Assembly (NCBI GenBank): GCA_054600435.1
Contig: BAAIJX010000014.1
Span: forward strand, 248,001-312,000
Length of the DNA stretch: 64,000 nt
Direction of reading: 5' to 3'
Source: Neophaeotheca triangularis
Lineage: Eukaryota
The position numbers and the translations under genes were made by a program. Positions 56,547-64,000 of this stretch are shown here, in pieces. How positions within the stretch are numbered: the first letter of the stretch is position 1; each line of letters starts with the position of its first letter. The notes under the pieces were generated by a model. That model ran no database searches. It worked only from the letters and a program-made list of their open reading frames with translations, and was not told the origin of the DNA.

Positions 56547-57624
56547 ATGGCCGTAGGCAAGGAGGCGCAAGCATTCCGACACCCTCAACAGCCACCCAAT
56601 CCTCGCCCTCTCCTCCCCAACCCAGCTCCCCACTCTTGCTACGCCCGCACGCAAACCGTCTACACCATCGACGTCGCCGATCTCCGCTACCTTCAACAAC
56701 CCTCCGACTCGCGGCCGCGTTGCCCCAAAGAAAACTCCACCGCCGCCCTCCTCGACCTCCTCAAGACCCCAACCGGCTACAAGACCCTTGAAGACTGCAT
56801 CCATTACGCCACCGTCCAGGACGCCATCACGCAGCTCTCATTCGACTTCGGCACTGGCTTCACTTCCATAGATCCCGCCTGGAACATCTACATCTCTTAC
56901 GACACTCCCCGATCCAAGGATCTCGATGAACACCCCACCCAGCTGCGTGGTGTGAATTGCAACGTCAGAGATTTGGCGGATGATAATAAAGACTCGTGTC
57001 ATCCGCGGGTGCTGAAGCGGATTCGACAGTTTAAAATCGAGGTTTGTGCTGCTCACCGGCCCTTAGGGAATTCGCGAGAGCGTCGAGTCAGAGGGCCGAC
57101 TACACAGTCAGTCTCAACCGCAAACTTCGACCAACAACGCGGAGGCACAAATCGTCCGTCCCAGTCCCGAAAACGCTCAGAGCAGGCAAATCCAACCCTG
57201 GCAGCGCGAATCAAAATACCCTGTCGAACTTGCGCAGATCCTGTACTCGGTTGTTCCCACCCTTCCCAACCTCGTCATCTAGCGAGAGCTAGCAAGCTGG
57301 GTAGCTATAGCTCGGGCTCCCCGGCGGCGCGCAAGCAACGAAAGGAAGGGCGATGCACACACCGGCTCAAACTCACAGCCACGGCGACGATCAACTGACA
57401 CAACAACCCCTCCGTACGCTTTGAGAAAGGAAGCGGGTGCCAGACGTCCCGAGGCCAAGTCCGAGTTCTTCACGTGGGAGACAAAGATGTCGGAGCCGAT
57501 ATCTCCCCCCCGCCCCCCAAATCAGTTTTCAGCGCGAGAGTGGCTTCCGCAGAGCCTTTGTCCTGGAAGAGCGGGACCCGGCGTGGAGAGAACGTATCCA
57601 TGTCGCCCTGAGTTCGGGGTTTGA
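56547..57624 (+). CDS. Hypothetical protein; 3' structure uncertain (stop at 57398 unspliced, or 57624 if 57042-57379 is an intron)
   Basis: ATG at 56547 and strong C-ending codon bias over 56580-56940; no domain recognised. Confidence 0.45.
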
Positions 57625-57800
57625 GGTGCGCGAGAGGCCGCCTTGAGCGACTCGCGGGTCGGGTTGGCAGCGGTGCGGAGGTCTTGATGTGTACAAGAGG
57701 AAAAAAGGAAGGAAGGATGGATGGAAGGAAGGGCAGTGCGAGCTTTGGACTGAAGCGTGGTTTTGGGGAGAGAGTTTGGGGAAAGCCGATGATGGTGGGG

Positions 57801-58178
57801 ATAGGGTAAGGAAGGACGTGTCCATGCGGTCTTGGTGTGATGGAGTCACTGGTGCTAGCCGGCACGGAAAACCACCAAGCGATGGTACGCCCATGCCCTT
57901 GATACACGGGGAGCGATAGCAGCAGCAGCAGCGAATGTCATAGACCTCATTCGTCCCCGTCAACTCATAGACTTTTCATTCGTCTTTTCATGATAGGAAT
58001 AGGGTAAGGAAGGACGTGTCAATGCGGTTAGAGTCACTGGTGCTAGCCGGCACCAAAAACTACGAAGCGACATTACGCCCACGCTCTCGATACACGGGGA
58101 GCGATAGCAGCAGCAGCAGCAGCGAAAGTCACAGACCTCAATTCGACGCCGTCAACTCATAGACTTTTCATTCGTCTT
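57801..58178. repeat. Diverged ~185-bp tandem duplication (57801-57986; 57999-58178)
   Basis: Identical blocks ATAGGGTAAGGAAGGACGTGTC, GAGTCACTGGTGCTAGCCGGCAC and CCGTCAACTCATAGACTTTTCATTCGTCTT; internal (AGC)5 versus (AGC)6. Confidence 0.92.
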
Positions 58179-58524
58179 CCATTTGCGAGCGAAAATACAG
58201 CTAGCTCGACCAAAAGAAACTTCCGGTGCCTTTTTGTCACACTTCCGTCCCTTTCATTTTTCTTTCTATCGTCCACGAGAACGCCGGCATTTTGCTTTCC
58301 TTCTTTCTTCGTCAAAATAAAACATCATGGGTTGGTAGCAGAGTCGGCCGTCTCCTTCTTCTGCTCCCTGGTATCACTTGGCCCCCAGACACCCACACCT
58401 GAATAGCGCGGAAAACGCCTAAAAGCAATAGTCTGCAAAGGAGAGAAAAGTGTTTGAAACTGCGCTGACGAGCTCCAAACTCACAACGCCCCGGCAATGG
58501 AAGAGATGTCCTTCTTTCCCCCTA

Positions 58525-60854
58525 TCATGCGTTGCGCATCTCCGGTGGATGAAGGGTGCTCGCGCCTTGCGACGGACCCGTCAACCCCACCGTGGAAATC
58601 GTCAACTGCGGTAATGGATGCCCTCCCGGCGCAGCAGCAGCAGCAGCGTGATCGGCACCGCGACTCACGCGCTTCTCCGGCGGCGGCTCGTCGCGCATAC
58701 ACGCCGTCTCGAGCATGTTAGTCCAGCGGCCGCTGGTGCCGGCATGGCTGTGCTTGAGGTGCTGGCGGAAGTGATCTGCGCGGAAGAACTTCTTGGCTTG
58801 GTTGCACTCGCCGAACTTGTGCACGTGGTTGAGGTGGTCGGCGCGTTTTTCCCAGACGGCTGGGTTGGGGAATTCTTCGCCGCAGTAGCCGCAGACGTCG
58901 AGAGAGTCCGAGGTCGGCGAGGTGTGGAAGGCGGCTTGTGGGCCTTGGAGCGCGGCGCAGGACCAGGAGTGTAGGCGCAGGTGGAGGGAATTTTGGTGGC
59001 GTTCGGCTTCGTTCTTGTTTTTGAAGCGGTTGGGGCAGTACGCGCAGGCGTATTGTTTTTCTGCTTCGTGTTGTCTGTTGTGGCCGTGTCAGCAGGTTGG
59101 CCCAAATTAAGAGTCGCGCTGCCACAGCGATTGCCACGTCGGTGGCTCTAAATTGCGTCCTGCAAAGAGACAATAGAAGACTGGAAACTCACCTCAATTC
59201 ATCCTCTGTGTCGAATTTGCGCGGCTTTTTGGGACAGCACTCGCAGATGTACCCTTGCATATGGGACATACTCGCACCCCGAGAACGCGGAGTACTATCT
59301 ATCGACATCTTGCGCGGTGGCGCCTGGGCAGCCTCAGGAAATGCGCGATGGTGCTGAGGATTGGTGGCGATTGGGCTCGGAAGCAGCGATTTGGTGTTTG
59401 AGTAAGGCGAGGGGGCCCTGAGATCTGGCTCGAAAACTCCAGGAGACAGGCCACCCGTCGATGTAGCTGAGAGCCCTCCTGGTGAGATCCGACCGGAAGC
59501 GTAACTTGTCGCGCTACTTGGTATACTAAGACCGCCGATAGATGAAGAAAGCGAGCCTTGACGAGGACCGATGGACGAAGCAGACGACATTGATGAATTA
59601 TTCGGACGATGCCTCGAGACAGGCGACTTTGGAAGTTGCTGCATGGAACGCCTATGATGGAGATCACCGTTGCCTGAGCTGCTCATGGGTGGCCGCTCAT
59701 CGCGCATGCCGCCGCCTGGCGGTGACAGAGCTCGACGTTTCGTTCCTGCGGGCCCACCAGTGTTCTGATCGTCCGAGCCGCACGGACTGCGATCGTGGAT
59801 GTTGAGGTTGCTCATTTGACTATCTTCCATGATGTAGTCATCGCTGACAAACATGGAATGGTCGTAGCTGCTACGATGCGAGCTACTGTCGTCGAAATTG
59901 ACACTGCTTTGGCGCGTGTGGGTGCGACTGTTGTTTTCCAGCTGGCCCGGACTGTGTTCCCAGAAACCTCCGTACAGGGGGGAGATGGCGCCCGGTGATC
60001 TATTCGATGACCATCGGGAGAGTGAAGATCCAGAATGCGAGTGCGAGTAAGGAGAGAGATCGACCGAGTTATGTCTTTCGGGTGCGACATCCGGCACTGT
60101 AAGGCGTAGCGAAGCGTTGCGGCGCTCCACTTCAGCATTGGCGTGTTGCGCAGTCTCGGAAATGCCAGAGGGATAGGAGAGAGATTGCCGTTTAGGCGTA
60201 TTCGGTCCACCAATCTTACTGAGCATTTGCTTGTCGTAGTCGTGCGATGAGCTATTGAGGGTCCGCTGTTCCAACGGCTTCTCACCATGGAGTCTTTCCC
60301 ATGTATTAGCATAGATCTCAGAACATTGCGGAAGAGGCATTACGAAGCAATCCGGTCCACGTCGCGATTGCTAGCAGCTAAAAGGGGGGACGAGTGCGTG
60401 CTGCCACTGGCACATACCTGTAGCCCGCCGAGAACTTGGACAGTAAATCCGGCTCACTGTGGGTCATCCTATCGTCTGACATGTCTTGATCGCATGTTCT
60501 CGCATCGACGGTAGAAAGTAAGCCTTCTCTCTGGTCCATGTCATGCTGCGGACCTCCTCCCTCTTTTTCCTGCTTCTGCCGCTTTGGCGCGCTCCCCAGC
60601 AAACTGGACCCGCTTTTCACCGACGGCAATCGCCCAAAGTCAGACCCGTGCGAATCGTTCCCCCATTGCCAGCCCGGGTCGCGACCTGCCGAGAGTTCCA
60701 ATTCTCGCGGAGGAGGCAGTGGTGGTGGTGCTCCCTCTTGGGTACCGCGAATGGACACTGGCGAGGCAGTGAAGGAAGGAAGAGGTTGAGGACTTTGGTA
60801 GCGTTGATGCTGCGAGACCAGGATTGATGGCGGAGAAGGGGTGGAAGGTGACAT
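58525..60854 (-). CDS. C2H2 zinc-finger transcription factor, 3 exons (60854-60418, 60293-59193, 59074-58525)
   Basis: Spliced YICECCPKKPRKFDTEDELR|QHEAEKQYACAYCPNRFKNKNEAERHQNSLH...CGYCGEEF...HLNHVHKFGECNQAKKFFRADHFRQHLKHSH; Ser-rich N-terminal half. Confidence 0.87.
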
Positions 60855-61581
60855 TGTGTTCGGGGAAAGTGAGAATCGCACGCAACACAAGAACGGCGTC
60901 CCTTGTCGCGGAGGCCAAGGCTTCTGGCGTGAGACCGATAGCGGTTGATCGACGTGATGCGCTGGCCACGTGCGGCGAGCGATGTAAAAGCAAGCAAGGC
61001 AAGGCAAGGCTAGGCTAGGTGAAGTTCGTGTCGACGCTCACCAACGCTTTACACCTTTCCAGCACAGCTGAATTCAAGTTGCGGAGGGAGGAGGGTTGGT
61101 TTCATGTAACCCAGGTGTAAAGGTCATGCGAGCAGCTCGAAATGGTTGCATGCGACTAGGCGGGTTCGTCAACGTTGGAGCGAGCAGAAGAAAGCAGGAT
61201 ACGGGCAGCTTACGAGGTTGTGGTCAGGCCAAGGGAGATGGATATCAACAGCAGAAGGCAACAGGCGGCGGCGTTGGCGTTGGCGATGTGGTTGATGATT
61301 ACGAACAGCCATGTATCAAGACCTTTGCTGCTGGATGCTGATGACGGGAGTGTTGGGTAGGGTGGGGGGAGCAGGTGTGGTTGAATAATATGACCGAGTA
61401 CGAGTAGTAGGCTGCCACGGCGATAATACAATAAGGTACAAGCTTGTGGTGACAATTAAGGATGATTAAGACGAGCCGCATGTAGCTTTCCCTTTCTTTC
61501 TTTCCCTTTTTCTCTTTAGGCCGACGACGACGCCATCAACGTCGTGTCGCAGGCGCGGGAAAATCAGAAAAGGGCCTCGCG

Positions 61582-61665
61582 GTGAGCAGTGAGCAGTGAG
61601 CAGTAGTGAGCAGTGAGCAGTACCAGGCAGTTACTAGTGAGCCGTGAGTAGTGAGACTGTGAGCG
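61582..61665. repeat. Degenerate (GTGAGCA)n heptamer array
   Basis: GTGAGCAGTGAGCAGTGAGCAGTAGTGAGCAGTGAGCAG...GTGAGCCGTGAGTAGTGAGACTGTGAGC. Confidence 0.75.
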
Positions 61666-63922
61666 GTGCCATCTCCACAGATTGAGGCTGTGCAAAGCAA
61701 GCAAAAGTGCTAGCGTCAGATTGACAAGCTACTAGACTCTACTACTACCTTACCTTGGTCTAGTACTACTACAGATACCTTGACATTACCACTACCTTAC
61801 CACTACCATTACTACTACATGCGTACTAGGCCTGTCCCTCTAGTACCTACATAGCCAAGGTAGAGAGTGTTTTAGACCCCTTGTCCGCGGGCGGGGTGCG
61901 GGACGCTTAACATGATGATACTACTACTACTAGCTACAGTATAGGTACCTAGTCTCACGGCTCACGTCTCTTCCATGCTCACGTCTCAAGTGCTTGGCTG
62001 CCTTGGGTGGGCGAAGAGGAAAGTCAAAAGGCTTAAGGTAGGTCGGCTGGTGGGGTCGGATGGAACGTCTTCGCCGATCGTCACCGCTTACCTTACCTTA
62101 GGCTGATTGTCCTGTATCCACTCATCTTATTAGTGCCTGTCTTCCCCAGGCACTTTGATTAAAGGCTTGTCTTCGTTCAATCACGTCGCAACGACAACAG
62201 TAGTATATGGCCATGTACCTACTACATTACATATACAAACATCACAAGGACAACAATCAAGCAACCGGCTCAGCTATTCCCTGTCGCTACATCAACATAC
62301 CACCCACATCTCACTCAAAGCACCCGACCTGGTCTAGATTCAGCCCTGCCAGCTCGTAGCCTATCGAGAGCTTAAGAGCTTGCCCGTCCGCCTTGCAGGG
62401 CTGCGGGGAAATACAGTAGGTACCTAGGTAGATCAAGTCAGCAACGCCATCAAACTTGCTTTCAAAACGGCTATTTAGCGAGAAAGTCTGTCGCCCGTCG
62501 TCTCAACATTCCTCTGCCCCGGGCGGGTAAGGAAGGACAGGCGAGCGAAGCCTGAATTTTCTACGAAACCACCACACGTGCCCGATGACATTCATTACTA
62601 CCGCAAGCCCCCATAGCTGCCCGGTACGAAAGTACCTCACGGCCGCTTGCCATCGTACCAAAGCATGCATCGCAAGCGCGTCCAAGCACGTTCCGAATAG
62701 AATCGGGGCCGAACCTTCGGAATCTCGAGGAACAGGGCTAGCATCCTGAAAGGCCGACCAAGCTTCTGTACTCCATCCCAGACTCGTGCTTGCTTGCCAC
62801 GCATGCGCAGTGCAAAGACAACGCTTGTACAATAGGCATCAGTCTTGATGTAAGCCTTGTCATGGTCTCCTTCATCATGTCGTCCGCTGGCGCTTATAAC
62901 GAATGAGTTTCATGCATCGAATACACAGCATATACTCCAAGTGACTAACCGTGCCGGGTTCAAGAATGTCGCCGGCCATGCATTACCTCCTAGGAGGTTT
63001 GGGAGCGTTCATTCAGGATTACAACAACCGTGCCGCACCAACCCGCCACTGCTTTCAAAACGGCCATCGCATCTTTCTTACTGGCCGGGTAGCCGCCACA
63101 CTTTGCCATCGACCATAACGTGCAGCCTTACGCCGCCCTAAAGCAGCACGTTGGGCACACCCTCGACGAGTTTCTCCGGAAGCCTTACAGCCAGGCTGAA
63201 GCACACGTCACGAGAGTCTATTACCCGTCGCTCTCCTGCCTTGCTTTAAGTTTCTCATCGTGCCAGGCGAGCAACGGCGGGAAAGGCCGTGGCTGCAAGG
63301 CGAGTTCTCGGCGTCACTACTACTAGGAGGTACTACTACCACTACTACTACTACTACTACTGCTAGGTATCGAGGTATATCTCTCGTCGCGACTACTTTC
63401 CTTCGGCAACTGAGATGATTTGCGACCTTCGGCACTCGCTGAAAGCGGTATCAAGTGGGTGCCAAGATTTGCACTGCCCCCTTCGTATTGATTGACTTCA
63501 TTCGCCAGCCGTAAGGGTCCGTGGTGTTATTGTTTCCGCGTCGCCGCGTGCCTCAACGACATCATGTTGAGCATGGAAAGGTGAAATTGGTGGCTTGTGT
63601 ATTCTTCGTTGTTAAGTTACACAAGAGAGTTTGCGGTCCTGACACGCGCTGGGTTTGCTTTTCAGGCTCGAGCAGGACGTTCGTTTCCTCGAGTTTACCT
63701 GCCCGGCTATCTGCGGCGCTTAGGAGCTGACCAATCATGTAAGTTTTTCGACCGGCCCGGTCCGCGGTATTTCGAGGTAAGCGCGAGAACAACTCCATCG
63801 TACATGTCGTCGAGATTTCGAGGTAGACCAGGGCTATCCACCGACGAAGTCGCAAACGAAAAGGAACCTTGTAAAAAGCCACAAAGAGTGAAAGAAGCCA
63901 CTCCAAGCCCCCTCACTCTAAC

Positions 63923-64000
63923 ATGTCGCTCCTCGACAAAGTTCCCGGCGAACTAAACCTCTACATCGGCGGGTTGGTCAGTCCTTGCCTCGGCGCGCAC
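63923..64000 (+). CDS. Probable first exon of a dual-specificity phosphatase (Yvh1-like); runs off the window
   Basis: ATG 63923 gives MSLLDKVPGELNLYIGG, followed by GT donor-like sequence. LYIGG is the typical DSP N-terminal strand, but only 17 codons are visible. Confidence 0.5.
   Translation, partial: MSLLDKVPGELNLYIGGLVSPCLGAH

Noticed and set aside
17661..58178. Tandem repeats as CRISPR arrays or transposon ends
   Set aside because: Eukaryotic context, only two units each, and no spacers, transposase, RT or target-site duplications seen.

Overview
Gene-dense eukaryotic window from a filamentous ascomycete. Evidence: short GT..AG introns with CTRAY branch points and Pezizomycotina-type proteins; Dothideomycete affinity is an inference. 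It holds about 28 protein-coding genes, mostly housekeeping: UTP25 (5'-truncated), MLH3, a DUF1761-like membrane protein, a YFH7-like kinase, MES1, a KHDC4-like KH protein, ILV6, ARG3, a Tag1-like protein, an RGS protein, RUS1/DUF647, ARG4, VFA1, an F-box-like protein, MAG1, QCR7, an NDT1-like carrier, an AVT2-like transporter, CCE1/Ydc2, a C2H2 transcription factor and the start of a YVH1-like phosphatase. A U1 snRNA gene lies at ~32310-32456, in a stretch with no protein gene. The most notable item is absent from the ORF track: three diverged paralogues of a small two-exon, single-pass membrane protein flank MES1 (12985-13291 minus; 18550-19088 plus; 21041-21480 plus). They share an equivalent phase-1 intron. 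One copy carries an expanded Asn/Val tripeptide repeat, and a long G-U-compatible fold-back lies about 1 kb upstream of it. No transposase, rRNA, tRNA or CRISPR array could be supported. All gene models were spliced by eye and no database search was run.
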